Shown piece by piece: positions 1 to 9,435 of a stretch of 64,000 bases of DNA. Every line of letters starts with the position of its first letter. The stretch's first letter is position 1. Both the position numbers and the translations under genes were made by a program. The notes below the pieces were generated by a model. The model had not been told where the DNA came from, ran no database searches, and saw only the letters and a list, made by a program, of their open reading frames with translations. Origin of the DNA: an uncultured Candidatus Rokubacteria bacterium (lineage in GTDB: Bacteria > Methylomirabilota > Methylomirabilia > Rokubacteriales > CSP1-6); contig CAVXJS010000021.1 of NCBI GenBank assembly GCA_963762145.1, positions 128,001-192,000 on the forward strand. Direction: 5' to 3'.

Positions 1-1
1 C

Positions 2-658
2 GCCGACCCCAGTCAGTACGGGCTCGTGGAGCTCGATGCGGACGGGCGCATCCGGAGCTTCATCGAGAAGCCCCCGCCCGGCCAGGCGACGGTGGACACC
101 GTCAACGCGGGCGTCTACCTGCTCGACCGCGAGGTCGTCGCCGCGATTCCGACCGGCCGCGCGGTGTCCATCGAGCGCGAGACTTTCCCCGGGCTCCTCC
201 GCGACCACGTGCCGTTCTTCGGCTGGGTCGCGGGCAACTACTGGCTCGACATCGGCAGCCCCGCCAAGTACCGCCAGGGCCAGCTCGACCTGCTGGCCGG
301 CCGCGTGACCAGCCCGCTCGCGCCCGCGGGCGCCGCGCCCGACGGCCGCGCCATCGCGCCGGGCGCCCGCGTCGCCCCCGACGCGACGGTCACCGGCCCG
401 TGCGTGATCGGCGCGGGCACCCGCGTCGAGTCGGGCGCGCGGGTGGGCCCGAACGCGGTGCTCGGCGGCAACTGCGTCGTCGGCGCGGGCGCCCGGATCG
501 AGGGCGCCATCCTCTGGGACGACGTGGTGGTGGGCCCGGGCGCGGTGCTGCGGGACTGCATCGTGGGCGCGGGAGCCCGAATCGGGGCCAACGCCCAGCT
601 CGGGTTCACCGCGGTCCTGGAGGCCAACGCGGTCGTGGCCCCCAACGCCCGCACGTAG
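2..658 (+). CDS. NDP-sugar pyrophosphorylase (mannose-1-phosphate guanylyltransferase-like), 5' truncated by window
   Basis: Frame open from the window edge (ADPSQYGLVE...FIEKP), NAGVY and YWLDIGSP motifs, C-terminal hexapeptide repeats. Confidence 0.85.
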   Translation, partial: ADPSQYGLVELDADGRIRSFIEKPPPGQATVDTVNAGVYLLDREVVAAIPTGRAVSIERETFPGLLRDHVPFFGWVAGNYWLDIGSPAKYRQGQLDLLAGRVTSPLAPAGAAPDGRAIAPGARVAPDATVTGPCVIGAGTRVESGARVGPNAVLGGNCVVGAGARIEGAILWDDVVVGPGAVLRDCIVGAGARIGANAQLGFTAVLEANAVVAPNART

Positions 659-702
659 GGCGCCGGCTCCGCCCCCGGCGCCCGACGGGCCGCGCAAGGG
701 CG

Positions 703-711
703 TGGTATTCT
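703..711 (+). promoter_or_regulatory. Extended -10 element for lepA (likely leaderless)
   Basis: TG-G-TATTCT ending 7 nt before ATG 719; no SD. Confidence 0.55.
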
Positions 712-718
712 TAGCCGG

Positions 719-2509
719 ATGGCCATCGATCTGATCCGCAATTTCTCCATCGTCGCCCACATCGACCACGGCAAGTCCACCCTGGCCGACCGCCTCCTGT
801 CCCTCACCGGGACCATGGACGCCAAGAAGGCGGTGGACCAGGTCCTGGACTCGATGGACCTGGAGAAGGAGCGCGGGATCACGATCAAGGCCCACGCGGT
901 GCGCCTGCTCTACAAGGCGCGCGACGGGCAGGAATATACGCTCAACCTCATCGACACTCCCGGCCACGTGGACTTTTCGTACGAGGTCTCCCGCTCCCTC
1001 GCCGCCTGCGAGGGGGCGATCCTGATCGTGGACGCCGCCCAGGGGGTCGAGGCGCAGACCCTGGCCAATTTCTACCTGGCCCTGGACGGCGGCCTCGAGA
1101 TCATCCCGGTCATCAACAAGATCGACCTGCCCGCCGCCGACGTCGAGGCCACCCGGAACCAGATCACGGAGATCCTCACCCTGGACGGCGACGAGGCTCT
1201 CGCGATCTCGGCCAAGCACGGCACCGGGGTGCCGGAGGTGCTCGAGGCGATCGTGGCCCGCGTGCCGCCGCCCAAGGGCGCCGTGGACGCCCCGCTCAAG
1301 GCCCTGGTCTTCGACTCGTTCTACGACTCCTACCAGGGCGTGGTGGTCTACATCCGCCTGATCGACGGGCGCGTCCGCGCCGGCTCGCGCGTGCTGTTCA
1401 TGTCCACCGGCAAGGCCCTCGAGGTCCAGCAGGTCGGCGTCTTCTCCCCCGACATGCGGCCGGTGGAGGAGCTCACCGCCGGCCAGGTCGGCTACCTCAC
1501 CGCCGCGATCAAGCGGGTGGCCGACGCCAAGATCGGCGAGACCGTCACCGACGTGCTCCACCCGACCGCGGAGCCGTGCCCCGGCTACCGCGACGCCAAG
1601 CCGATGGTGTTCGCGGGGCTGTACCCGATCGAGGACACCGACTACGAGGGCCTCCGCGACGCGCTGGAGAAGCTGCGCCTGAACGACTCCGCGTTCAACT
1701 TCGAACCGGAGACTTCGCTTGCGCTCGGCTACGGGTTCCGCTGCGGCTTCCTGGGCATGCTGCACCTCGAGATCGTGCAGGAGCGGCTCGAGCGCGAGTT
1801 CAATCTCTCGCTGATCGTCACCGCCCCCAGCGTGCGCTTCAAGGTGATCACGCTGGCGGGCGAGACGCTCGAGGTGGAGAACCCCTCCAAGCTGCCGCCC
1901 GTCGACCGGATCGAGCGCATCGAGGAGCCCTACGTGCGCGGCTCGATCTTCGTGCCGACCGAGTTCATGAGCGAGATCTACAAGCTCGCGCAGGAGAAGC
2001 GCGGCGAGCACAAGTCACTCGAGTACGTGGGCAAGCGGGTCCACATCCAGTTCGACTTCCCGCTGAGCGAGATCGTGGTGGACTTCTACGATCGGCTCAA
2101 GTCCATCTCCAAGGGCTATGCCTCCTTCGACTACGACTTCCTGGAGTTCCGGGCCTCCGACATGGTCAAGCTCGACATCCTGCTCAACGGGGATCCGGTG
2201 GACGCGCTCTCCATCATCGTCCACCGCGAGAAGGCCTACGAGAAGGGGAAGGCCCTCGCCGAGAAGCTGCGCGCGGTGATTCCCCGCCAGCTCTACGAGG
2301 TCGCGATCCAGGCCGCGATCGGCAGCCGGGTGATCGCCCGCGAGACGGTCAAGGCCATGGGCAAGAACGTCACCGCCAAGTGCTACGGGGGCGACATCAC
2401 CCGCAAGCGCAAGCTGCTCGAGAAGCAGAAGGAAGGCAAGAAGCGGATGAAACAGGTCGGAAGGGTCGAGGTGCCGCAGGAAGCGTTCCTGTCGGTCCTC
2501 AAGAGCTAG
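719..2509 (+). CDS. lepA: Elongation factor 4
   Basis: [33 protein letters not shown]-terminal [18 protein letters not shown]. Confidence 0.99.
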   Translation: MAIDLIRNFSIVAHIDHGKSTLADRLLSLTGTMDAKKAVDQVLDSMDLEKERGITIKAHAVRLLYKARDGQEYTLNLIDTPGHVDFSYEVSRSLAACEGAILIVDAAQGVEAQTLANFYLALDGGLEIIPVINKIDLPAADVEATRNQITEILTLDGDEALAISAKHGTGVPEVLEAIVARVPPPKGAVDAPLKALVFDSFYDSYQGVVVYIRLIDGRVRAGSRVLFMSTGKALEVQQVGVFSPDMRPVEELTAGQVGYLTAAIKRVADAKIGETVTDVLHPTAEPCPGYRDAKPMVFAGLYPIEDTDYEGLRDALEKLRLNDSAFNFEPETSLALGYGFRCGFLGMLHLEIVQERLEREFNLSLIVTAPSVRFKVITLAGETLEVENPSKLPPVDRIERIEEPYVRGSIFVPTEFMSEIYKLAQEKRGEHKSLEYVGKRVHIQFDFPLSEIVVDFYDRLKSISKGYASFDYDFLEFRASDMVKLDILLNGDPVDALSIIVHREKAYEKGKALAEKLRAVIPRQLYEVAIQAAIGSRVIARETVKAMGKNVTAKCYGGDITRKRKLLEKQKEGKKRMKQVGRVEVPQEAFLSVLKS

Positions 2510-2518
2510 CGCGCCCGC

Positions 2519-3190
2519 ATGAACGATCTCCAGGTCCGTCCCGAGCGCGACATCGGGCCGCCCCCTCCGGTGACCCGACCCCGGCGCAAGTCCCTCTTCC
2601 GGGAGTACTCGGAAGCGATCATCATCGCGGTGCTCCTGGCCCTCTTCATCCGCCAGTTCGCGGTGCAGGCCTTCACGATCCCTTCCGGCTCCATGATGGA
2701 CACGCTCCTGATCGGCGACTACATCCTGGTCAACAAGTTCCTCTTCGGGGCCGAGATCCCGCTGACCGACCGGCACCTCCCCGGCGTGCGCGACCCGCGG
2801 CACGGCGACGTGGTGGTCTTCAAGTATCCCAACGACGAGACGCGCGACTTCATCAAGCGCATCATCGCGGTGGGCGGCGACACCATCCAGGTGCGCGACA
2901 ACCGCGTGCTGTTGAACGGCCATCCCATCGACGAGCCATACGTGCGCCCGGGATCCTTCACCGGGCCTCCGTCGGCCCAGTGCAGCTACGCCTACGGATG
3001 CGATCCCCTCAAGGTGCCCGCGGGCGCCTACTTCGTCATGGGCGACAACCGGGACAACTCGCAGGACAGCCGCTACTGGGGCTTCGTCCGCCGCGAGAAG
3101 ATCCGCGGCAAGGCCTTCCTGATCTACTGGTCGTGGAACGGGGAAGGACACTGGCTACGCTGGCAACGGCTGGGCAAGTACCTGCCGTAG
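2519..3190 (+). CDS. lepB: Signal peptidase I
   Basis: TM segment, IPSGSM catalytic Ser, FIKRII Lys, GDNRDNSQDSRYWG; follows lepA. Confidence 0.97.
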   Translation: MNDLQVRPERDIGPPPPVTRPRRKSLFREYSEAIIIAVLLALFIRQFAVQAFTIPSGSMMDTLLIGDYILVNKFLFGAEIPLTDRHLPGVRDPRHGDVVVFKYPNDETRDFIKRIIAVGGDTIQVRDNRVLLNGHPIDEPYVRPGSFTGPPSAQCSYAYGCDPLKVPAGAYFVMGDNRDNSQDSRYWGFVRREKIRGKAFLIYWSWNGEGHWLRWQRLGKYLP

Positions 3191-3195
3191 CCGCG

Positions 3196-4335
3196 CTGAC
3201 GCCCCGCGCCGCCCGGCTCGGGGTCTACGTGCACCTGCCCTTCTGCGCGGAGCGATGCGGCTACTGCTCCTTCAACACCGCGCCGTACACGCCGGGTGGG
3301 CTCGACCGCTTCCTGGCCGCGCTGCTGCGCGAGTGCGACCTGGCCGGCGCCGCTCCGTGGACGGGCCGCGTGACGCTCGACACGCTCTTCCTCGGCGGCG
3401 GCACCCCGTCGCTGCTCGACCCGCCCCAGATGGCCGCCGTGCTCGATCGGATCCGGACCCGCTTCCGCCTGGAGCCCGGGGCCGAGGTGACCGTCGAGTG
3501 CAATCCCGACGACGTGACGGTGGCCCGCCTCGCCGGCTATCGGCGCGCCGGGGTGACCCGGATCAGCCTCGGCGTGCAGAGCCTGGACGACGCCATCCTG
3601 CCGCGGCTCGACCGGCGGCACTCGGCGACCCAGGCCGCCGCCGCGTTCCGCGCCGCCCGTGAGGCCGGGTTCGACAACGTCAGCGTGGATCTCATCTACG
3701 GCCTGCCCGCGCTCGACCTGGACACCTGGACGCGTACGGTGCGAGAGGCCATCGCGTGGGGCCCGGATCATCTCTCCGCCTACGCGCTGACCCTCGACGA
3801 GGGCAGCCTCTGGCACGCCGCGGGGGTGAGCGGACTGCCCGAGGAGGACACGGTCACCGCGCAGTACTGGATCCTCGCGCGCCTGGCCGGCGAGGCGGGC
3901 TTCGAGCACTATGAAGTCTCCAACTACGCGCGCCCCGGCTTCCGCTCGCGCCACAACCAGCGTTACTGGCGATGGGAGGAGTACCTGGCCCTCGGGCCGG
4001 GGGCGTGCGGCTTCCTCGGGCACGTGCGGTACGGCAACGTGAAGTCGGTGGAGCGCTACTGCACCCTCGTGGAGGGCGGAAGCCTCCCGCTCCAGAGCCA
4101 CGAGACGCTGACCCCGCGCCAGGCCCTCGCCGAGCGGCTGATCCTGGGACTCCGCACGAGCGACGGCATCCCGGCCGAGCGCCTGGCCGAGCGCCGCGCC
4201 CTCGAGCCCGGGCGCCTGCCCGAGGTGCTCGACGCGTGGCGCGAGCGGGGCCTGCTCACGGAGCGGGACGGCCGGGTCCGACTCACCGAGGCCGGCTTCC
4301 TTCTTTCCGACGCCCTGTTCACCGAGCTGCTCTAG
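3196..4335 (+). CDS. hemW: Radical SAM heme chaperone HemW (start uncertain, possibly CTG)
   Basis: YVHLPFCAERCGYCSF (CxxxCxxC), GGGTPS, YEVSNYA, HNQRYW; lies between lepB and hrcA. Confidence 0.92.
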   Translation: MTPRAARLGVYVHLPFCAERCGYCSFNTAPYTPGGLDRFLAALLRECDLAGAAPWTGRVTLDTLFLGGGTPSLLDPPQMAAVLDRIRTRFRLEPGAEVTVECNPDDVTVARLAGYRRAGVTRISLGVQSLDDAILPRLDRRHSATQAAAAFRAAREAGFDNVSVDLIYGLPALDLDTWTRTVREAIAWGPDHLSAYALTLDEGSLWHAAGVSGLPEEDTVTAQYWILARLAGEAGFEHYEVSNYARPGFRSRHNQRYWRWEEYLALGPGACGFLGHVRYGNVKSVERYCTLVEGGSLPLQSHETLTPRQALAERLILGLRTSDGIPAERLAERRALEPGRLPEVLDAWRERGLLTERDGRVRLTEAGFLLSDALFTELL

Positions 4336-4349
4336 CGGTAAGATCGCGC

Positions 4350-5393
4350 ATGACCATCCCGTCCCTCGATCAGCGAAGCCGCCAGGTCCTCCTGGCCGTC
4401 ATCGCGGAGTACGTCGAGACGGGTGAGCCCGTCGGCTCGCGCGCGGTGGCGCGGCGGCACATCCGCGGCCTCTCCCCGGCCACCCTCCGAAACGCGATGG
4501 CGGATCTGGAAGATCTGGGCTACCTGGCGCAGCCGCACACCTCAGCGGGCCGGGTGCCGACGGATGCCGCCTACCGGTTCTACGTCGATCACCTCCAGCG
4601 CGTGCCGTGGGTCGCGGGCAAGGCGCCCGCGATGGGCCAGCCGTCCGCGGCGCCGCCCGACGCGGCCGAGCGCCTGATGGCCGAGGCCCCGGCCCTGCTG
4701 TCATCGGGCACGCACATGATGGGCGTGCTGCTCGCTCCGCCGCTCAAGCACACCGCGCTGGATCGCATCGAGCTGGTGGCGCTGGACGAGGAGCGGGCTC
4801 TCGCGGTGCTGGTGACGGACACCGGCTGGGTCACCGCGCGGCCCATCAACAGCGCGCCGCGGGGCGGAAGCGAGGAGCTCCGCGAAACGGGCCGGGCGCT
4901 GACCCGGCGGTTTCGCGGAAAAACCTTCCAGGAGATCCTCGACGACCTGGCCGCGCCCGCCGACCCGCTCGATCCCCTCTGGACGCGGAGCCGCGGCGTG
5001 CTCGACGAGGTGGTCGCGCTCCTGCGCGACCGCACGCTCTACCTGAGCGGCGCCACCAACATGCTGGACCATCCGGACCTGTCGGACACCGCCACGCTGC
5101 GCTCGGTGCTGCGCGCCTTCGAGGACAAGGCGCGTCTCATCGACCTGCTCTCCCGGATGGCCGAGGAGCGTGGCCTCCAGGTGATGATCGGTAGCGAGAA
5201 CCCGATGGAGGACATGCGCGGCTGCAGCCTGATCACGTCCACGTATACCTACCGGGACCAGGTCCTGGGGGTGCTCGGCGTGGTGGGACCCCGCCGTATG
5301 CCCTACTCGGAGGTCATGTCGGTGGTGGACGAGACCGCGCGCGCCGTCTCGAGTGCCCTCTCCCGCGTCCGCCAGCACCTGTACTTGCCGTAG
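4350..5393 (+). CDS. hrcA: Heat-inducible transcription repressor
   Basis: EPVGSR, LSPATLRNAMADLE, QPHTSAGRVPT, GVVGPRRMPY. Confidence 0.97.
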   Translation: MTIPSLDQRSRQVLLAVIAEYVETGEPVGSRAVARRHIRGLSPATLRNAMADLEDLGYLAQPHTSAGRVPTDAAYRFYVDHLQRVPWVAGKAPAMGQPSAAPPDAAERLMAEAPALLSSGTHMMGVLLAPPLKHTALDRIELVALDEERALAVLVTDTGWVTARPINSAPRGGSEELRETGRALTRRFRGKTFQEILDDLAAPADPLDPLWTRSRGVLDEVVALLRDRTLYLSGATNMLDHPDLSDTATLRSVLRAFEDKARLIDLLSRMAEERGLQVMIGSENPMEDMRGCSLITSTYTYRDQVLGVLGVVGPRRMPYSEVMSVVDETARAVSSALSRVRQHLYLP

Positions 5394-5443
5394 CGCGACT
5401 TCGGGGCCGTTTTCGAAACGGCTGTCTGCCCCAATCGCGAAAA

Positions 5444-5488
5444 TGGGGGAGTGCGGGGGCCATTTCTGGGCCCCCGCATTAGATAGAG
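5444..5488 (+). repeat. Dispersed palindromic element, copy 1
   Basis: Core TGGGGGAGTGCGGGGGCCATTTCTGGGCCCCCGCA (5444-5478, 10-bp stem) identical to cores at 37830, 41764 and 43841. Confidence 0.95.
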
Positions 5489-5581
5489 AAGCTTCCCGTA
5501 TCCAAAGCGTCCACCTCAGTCACAGCGCCGAACCCGTTGCTGGGGCGCACCGGGTGGCCCTCCGGGCGGAGACCGTCCGTC

Positions 5582-5590
5582 TGCTATACT
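5582..5590 (+). promoter_or_regulatory. Extended -10 element for grpE
   Basis: TG-C-TATACT ending 11 nt before ATG 5602. Confidence 0.55.
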
Positions 5591-5601
5591 TGGCTTCTGC
5601 C

Positions 5602-6147
5602 ATGAGTGATTCGTTCTTCGATGGGCCGGTGACCAACGAGGCGGCGGAGGAGATCCAGCGGCTCCGCGATGCCCTCGAGACCAAGACCCGCGAGGTGGAA
5701 GCCCAGCAGGACCGCTACCTGCGCACCGTCGCCGAGTTCGACAACGTGCGCAAGCGCAGCGTGCGGGAGCGGGAGGAGTACACCCGCTACGCCAACGAGT
5801 CCCTGCTGCGTGACATCCTCCCCGTGCTCGACAATCTCGACCGGGCCCTGCAGGCGGCGCGCACCGAGCCGGCGACCTCCCTCGCCACCGGCGTCGAGCT
5901 GATCCAGCGCGAGCTGCTGCGCGTCCTGGAGAAGTTCGGCGTGACGCCGTTCACCTCGGTGGGTCAGCCCTTCGATCCGGAGCGCCACGAGGCCATCGCG
6001 CGCGTGCAGCGCCCGGACCTGCCCGACATGTCGGTGGCCGCGGAGACCGCGCGCGGCTACCTCCTGCACGGTCGGGTCCTGCGGCCCGCGATGGTCACGG
6101 TGGCGGTGGCCCCGGACGACTCGGGCGACTCTCCCGCCGACGCCTAG
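5602..6147 (+). CDS. grpE: Nucleotide exchange factor GrpE
   Basis: AEFDNVRKR, LPVLDNLDRAL, FDPERHEA, GYLLHGRVLRPAMVTVA. Confidence 0.97.
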   Translation: MSDSFFDGPVTNEAAEEIQRLRDALETKTREVEAQQDRYLRTVAEFDNVRKRSVREREEYTRYANESLLRDILPVLDNLDRALQAARTEPATSLATGVELIQRELLRVLEKFGVTPFTSVGQPFDPERHEAIARVQRPDLPDMSVAAETARGYLLHGRVLRPAMVTVAVAPDDSGDSPADA

Positions 6148-6148
6148 C

Positions 6149-7249
6149 GTGGCCACCAAGGATTTCTACGGCATCCTCGGCGTCCCCCGGGATGCCGACG
6201 ACGCGGCGCTGAAGAAGGCCTATCGCAACCTCGCCCGCGCCTACCATCCCGACCGCAACCCCGGCGACAAGAAAGCCGAGGATCGCTTCAAGGAGATCAG
6301 CGAAGCCTACGCCATCCTGTCCGACACCGGGAAGCGCGCCCAGTACGATCGCTTCGGCACGGTCGGCGGGGTAGGCGGCGCAGGCGGGGAGGCGGGCTTC
6401 GGCACGATCTTCGAGGATCTCTTCGAGGGGTTCTTCGGCAGCGGGGGCGGCAACCGCTCCCGCTCGCGGGTGCGGCGCGGTGACGACCTCCGCTACGACC
6501 TCGAGATCTCGCTCGAGGACGCCGCCCGGGGTATCGAGACCAAGCTGCAGGTCCCGCGCCTCGAGACCTGCGAGACCTGCCGCGGGGCCGGCGTGGAAGC
6601 GGGGAGCCAGCCCGAGGTCTGCGGCACATGCCGCGGCCAGGGCCAGGTGCGCTTCACCCAGGGCTTCCTCACCGTGGCCCGCCCCTGCCCCAACTGCCGC
6701 GGCGAGGGACGGATCATCCGGCACCCCTGCTCCGGCTGCCGCGGCCAGGGACGCGTGTCCCGCGAGCGGCTGCTGAAGGTCACGATCCCGGCCGGCGTGG
6801 AGAACGGCAATCAGCTCCGGCTCAACGGCGAAGGGGAAAGTGGTCTGCAGGGCGGCCCGGCCGGGGACCTCTACGTGGTGCTCCACATCAAGCCCCACGA
6901 GATCTTCGTGCGCGACGGCGCGCACCTGATCTGCGAGCTGCCACTGACCTTCCCCCAGGTGGCGCTCGGCGACGAGGTCGAGGTGCCGGTGCTCGACGGC
7001 GCCGCGAAGCTCCGGATCCCGGCGGGAACGCAGCCGGGCCAGCGTCTGGTGCTCAAGGGCAAGGGCATGCCGCACCTGCGCGGGCGGGGTCGGGGCGACG
7101 CGGTGTACGAGGTGGCGGTGGAGGTACCGACGCAGCTCACCGCGCGCCAGCGGGAGCTGCTGGAGGAGTTCCGCCGCACGCACGACGGCGACTCGAGCCC
7201 CCGGGCGTCGAAGTTCGTCGAGCGGATGAAGCAGCTGTTCGGTAGTTGA
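6149..7249 (+). CDS. dnaJ: Chaperone DnaJ
   Basis: J domain with HPD, G/F region, four CxxCxGxG repeats. Confidence 0.98.
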   Translation: MATKDFYGILGVPRDADDAALKKAYRNLARAYHPDRNPGDKKAEDRFKEISEAYAILSDTGKRAQYDRFGTVGGVGGAGGEAGFGTIFEDLFEGFFGSGGGNRSRSRVRRGDDLRYDLEISLEDAARGIETKLQVPRLETCETCRGAGVEAGSQPEVCGTCRGQGQVRFTQGFLTVARPCPNCRGEGRIIRHPCSGCRGQGRVSRERLLKVTIPAGVENGNQLRLNGEGESGLQGGPAGDLYVVLHIKPHEIFVRDGAHLICELPLTFPQVALGDEVEVPVLDGAAKLRIPAGTQPGQRLVLKGKGMPHLRGRGRGDAVYEVAVEVPTQLTARQRELLEEFRRTHDGDSSPRASKFVERMKQLFGS

Positions 7250-8133
7250 TGCCGTTCTGGCAGCTGACCCTCCCCGCCGCCGCCGACAGCGAAGACGCGC
7301 TCACCAACTTCCTCTGGGAGCAAGGCGCGCTCGGCGTGGTCGAGGAGGCGGCCCCCGGCGTCCCGCCGCGCCTGCGCGCCTTCTTCGCCGAGAGCATGTC
7401 GTCCACGCGGCTGCTGGCCGCGGTCCAGGACTACCAGGCATCGCTCCGGTCGCTCGGCTTCGCGATCGATTCGCAGGGCACCGAGATCACCCCGCTGCTG
7501 GACGAGGCGTGGGCGAGCGCGTGGCAGCAATCGTTCCCGGCCCGCGAGGTGGGCCGGCGCCTCCTGGTGCTGCCGCCGTGGATCGAGCCGCCCGCTCACC
7601 GGACCGGACCGGAGCGCATGACCGTGATCATCGAGCCCGGCCGCGCCTTCGGCACCGGCCACCACGGCACGACCGAGGGCTGTCTGGTGCTGCTCGAGGA
7701 AGCGCTGGCGATCATGCCCGCCGCGGCCTCGCTCGACATCGGGACCGGCACCGGCATCCTGGCCATCGCGGCGCTCAAGCTCGGCGCGTCTTCGGTCATC
7801 GCGATCGACGTGGACCCGGACGCCGTCTCGGCCGCGCAGGTCAACGCGAGGCGTAACGGCTGCGCCGGCCTGACCGTCCGGCTGGCCGAGCCGCAGGAGA
7901 TCCCGGGCCGCTTCCCGCTCGTGCTGGCGAACCTGCTGACGCACACTCATCTGGCGCTGGCCCCGCAGTACGCGCGTCTGGTGGCCCCGGGCGGCTCGCT
8001 GGTGCTCGGGGGCATGCTCCAGGACGAGGACGGGCGCGTCAGCGACACCCTGGCCGGCGCCGGCCTCGTGACCCGGTCCCGCCTGGCGCTGGAAGGTTGG
8101 GCCTCGCTGCGCCTCGAGGCCCGGGCCGCGTGA
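7249..8133 (+). CDS. prmA: Ribosomal protein L11 methyltransferase
   Basis: EPGRAFGTGHHGTT, LDIGTGTGILAI; follows dnaJ. Confidence 0.95.
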   Translation: MPFWQLTLPAAADSEDALTNFLWEQGALGVVEEAAPGVPPRLRAFFAESMSSTRLLAAVQDYQASLRSLGFAIDSQGTEITPLLDEAWASAWQQSFPAREVGRRLLVLPPWIEPPAHRTGPERMTVIIEPGRAFGTGHHGTTEGCLVLLEEALAIMPAAASLDIGTGTGILAIAALKLGASSVIAIDVDPDAVSAAQVNARRNGCAGLTVRLAEPQEIPGRFPLVLANLLTHTHLALAPQYARLVAPGGSLVLGGMLQDEDGRVSDTLAGAGLVTRSRLALEGWASLRLEARAA

Positions 8134-8873
8134 CCCGCTTCCTGCACCTCGCGAGGGGCGCGGTGGACGGCGACCGCGTGGCCTTCGAAGCCGCCGCCGC
8201 CCATCACCTGGGCCGCGTGCTGCGGGCTGCCGTCGGCGACGTGGTGCAGGCGGTGGACGACGAGGGCGCGCTGCTGTCGGTGCGCCTCACCGCGATCGCC
8301 TCCCGCCGCGCCGAGGGCCTGATCGTGAGCCGCGCGGCGCTCGCGACCGAGTCGCCCCTCGACCTGACCCTGGCCCAGGGGGTTCCGAAGGGCGACAAGA
8401 TGGATGGCATCGTCCGGATGGCCACCGAGCTCGGCGTCACCCGCGTGATTCCGCTGCTGACCGCGCGGACGGTGGTCCGGCTCGAGCCCGCGCGCTGGCC
8501 CGCCCGCCGCGCACGGTGGCAGCGCATCGCCAAGGAGGCCGCCCAGCAGAGTGGGCGCGCGGCCGTCCCGGAGATCGAGGAACCGCGTGACCTTGCGCCG
8601 TGGGCGCGCGAAGCCGGCGCGACCGGGCTCCTGGTCTGCCTGTGGGAGGAGGAGCGGGAGGGGCTCGCCGCGCGCCTGCCCGCGGGCCGCTGCCCCCGCG
8701 TGACCGTCGTGGTGGGCCCGGAAGGCGGGCTGGCCGCCGACGAGGTCCGAGGGCTCGCCGGGGCGGGCGCCGTGGTGGCCGGGCTCGGCCCTCGCCTGCT
8801 CCGGACCGAGACCGCGGGCGCGGTGGCGGTGGCCCTGCTCCAGTCACGCTACGGCGATCTGGGCACGGCCTGA
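8130..8873 (+). CDS. rsmE: 16S rRNA m3U1498 methyltransferase
   Basis: HHLGRVLR, ATELGV, EAAQQSGR, VGPEGG, LGPRLLRTETA. Confidence 0.96.
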   Translation: MTRFLHLARGAVDGDRVAFEAAAAHHLGRVLRAAVGDVVQAVDDEGALLSVRLTAIASRRAEGLIVSRAALATESPLDLTLAQGVPKGDKMDGIVRMATELGVTRVIPLLTARTVVRLEPARWPARRARWQRIAKEAAQQSGRAAVPEIEEPRDLAPWAREAGATGLLVCLWEEEREGLAARLPAGRCPRVTVVVGPEGGLAADEVRGLAGAGAVVAGLGPRLLRTETAGAVAVALLQSRYGDLGTA

Positions 8874-8874
8874 G

Positions 8875-9279
8875 GTGGAGCTCGCCGTCGAGGCCGCGAC
8901 CTTGTCGGACGCCTTCGCGCGGATCGGGCTCGCGCTGTTCGCCGCCGCGGTGGATCCGGCCTCGGTGGAGGCGGTCGAGGTGAGGGAGGTACGGGCGCAC
9001 GGAGTGGGAGTCCCCATGCTCCTGCGTCGCTGGCTCGAGGAATGCCTGTACGTTCACGAGGTGGAAGGCTTCGCGTGCCGGTCCATCGAGTTCGCGGTCT
9101 TCGACGTCTCCCCGGCGGCGGGGGGCGAAGCGGTGCGCCTGCACGCCTTCCTTCGAGGCGAGCCGCTGGAGCCCACGCGCCACCGGGTTCATCAGCTCAT
9201 CCGTGGTATAGGGACCGACGAGCCTAGGGTAGAGGCGGTCCCCGAGGGGTTTCGAGTGCGGGCCCGGCTCGAGCTCTGA
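8875..9279 (+). CDS. Archease-like protein (degenerate motifs)
   Basis: Size and pattern match archease (VEAATLSDAF...LL..WLEECLY..E...LRGEP...H); N- and C-terminal conserved motifs are eroded. Confidence 0.65.
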   Translation: MELAVEAATLSDAFARIGLALFAAAVDPASVEAVEVREVRAHGVGVPMLLRRWLEECLYVHEVEGFACRSIEFAVFDVSPAAGGEAVRLHAFLRGEPLEPTRHRVHQLIRGIGTDEPRVEAVPEGFRVRARLEL

Positions 9280-9280
9280 T

Positions 9281-9329
9281 GTTGCCTAACTGACACAAGC
9301 TCCCCCGAGGGGTGTGTCATTCTTGCAAC
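9281..9329. promoter_or_regulatory. Paired palindromic sites, candidate bEBP enhancer (UAS) for lpxC
   Basis: GTTGCC-TAAC-TGACAC (9281-9296) and GTGTCA-TTCT-TGCAAC (9314-9329), centres 33 bp apart, about 75-125 bp upstream of a sigma54 motif. Confidence 0.65.
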
Positions 9330-9404
9330 CCCTTACATAGGGCTCGGGCTGGACTCGGCCGATAACGCCAATATAAGCAGTAGTTTGAGTGACATTAGCC
9401 CCTC

Positions 9405-9419
9405 TGGCACCTTGTTTGC
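9405..9419 (+). promoter_or_regulatory. Sigma54 (-24/-12) promoter of lpxC
   Basis: TGGCAC-CTTGT-TTGC is an exact TGGCAC-N5-TTGC match, 16 nt before ATG 9436, in an AT-enriched intergenic region. Confidence 0.85.
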
Positions 9420-9435
9420 CTACTATGTGGCGATC

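Noticed and set aside
658-683. GC hairpin GGGCGCCGG/CCGGCGCCC as an intrinsic terminator
   Set aside because: No U-tract, and such stems are common at this GC content
1576-4335. 919-aa ORF spanning lepA, lepB and hemW
   Set aside because: The N-terminal part is an off-frame shadow of lepA/lepB in high-GC DNA; only the part from about 3196 is HemW
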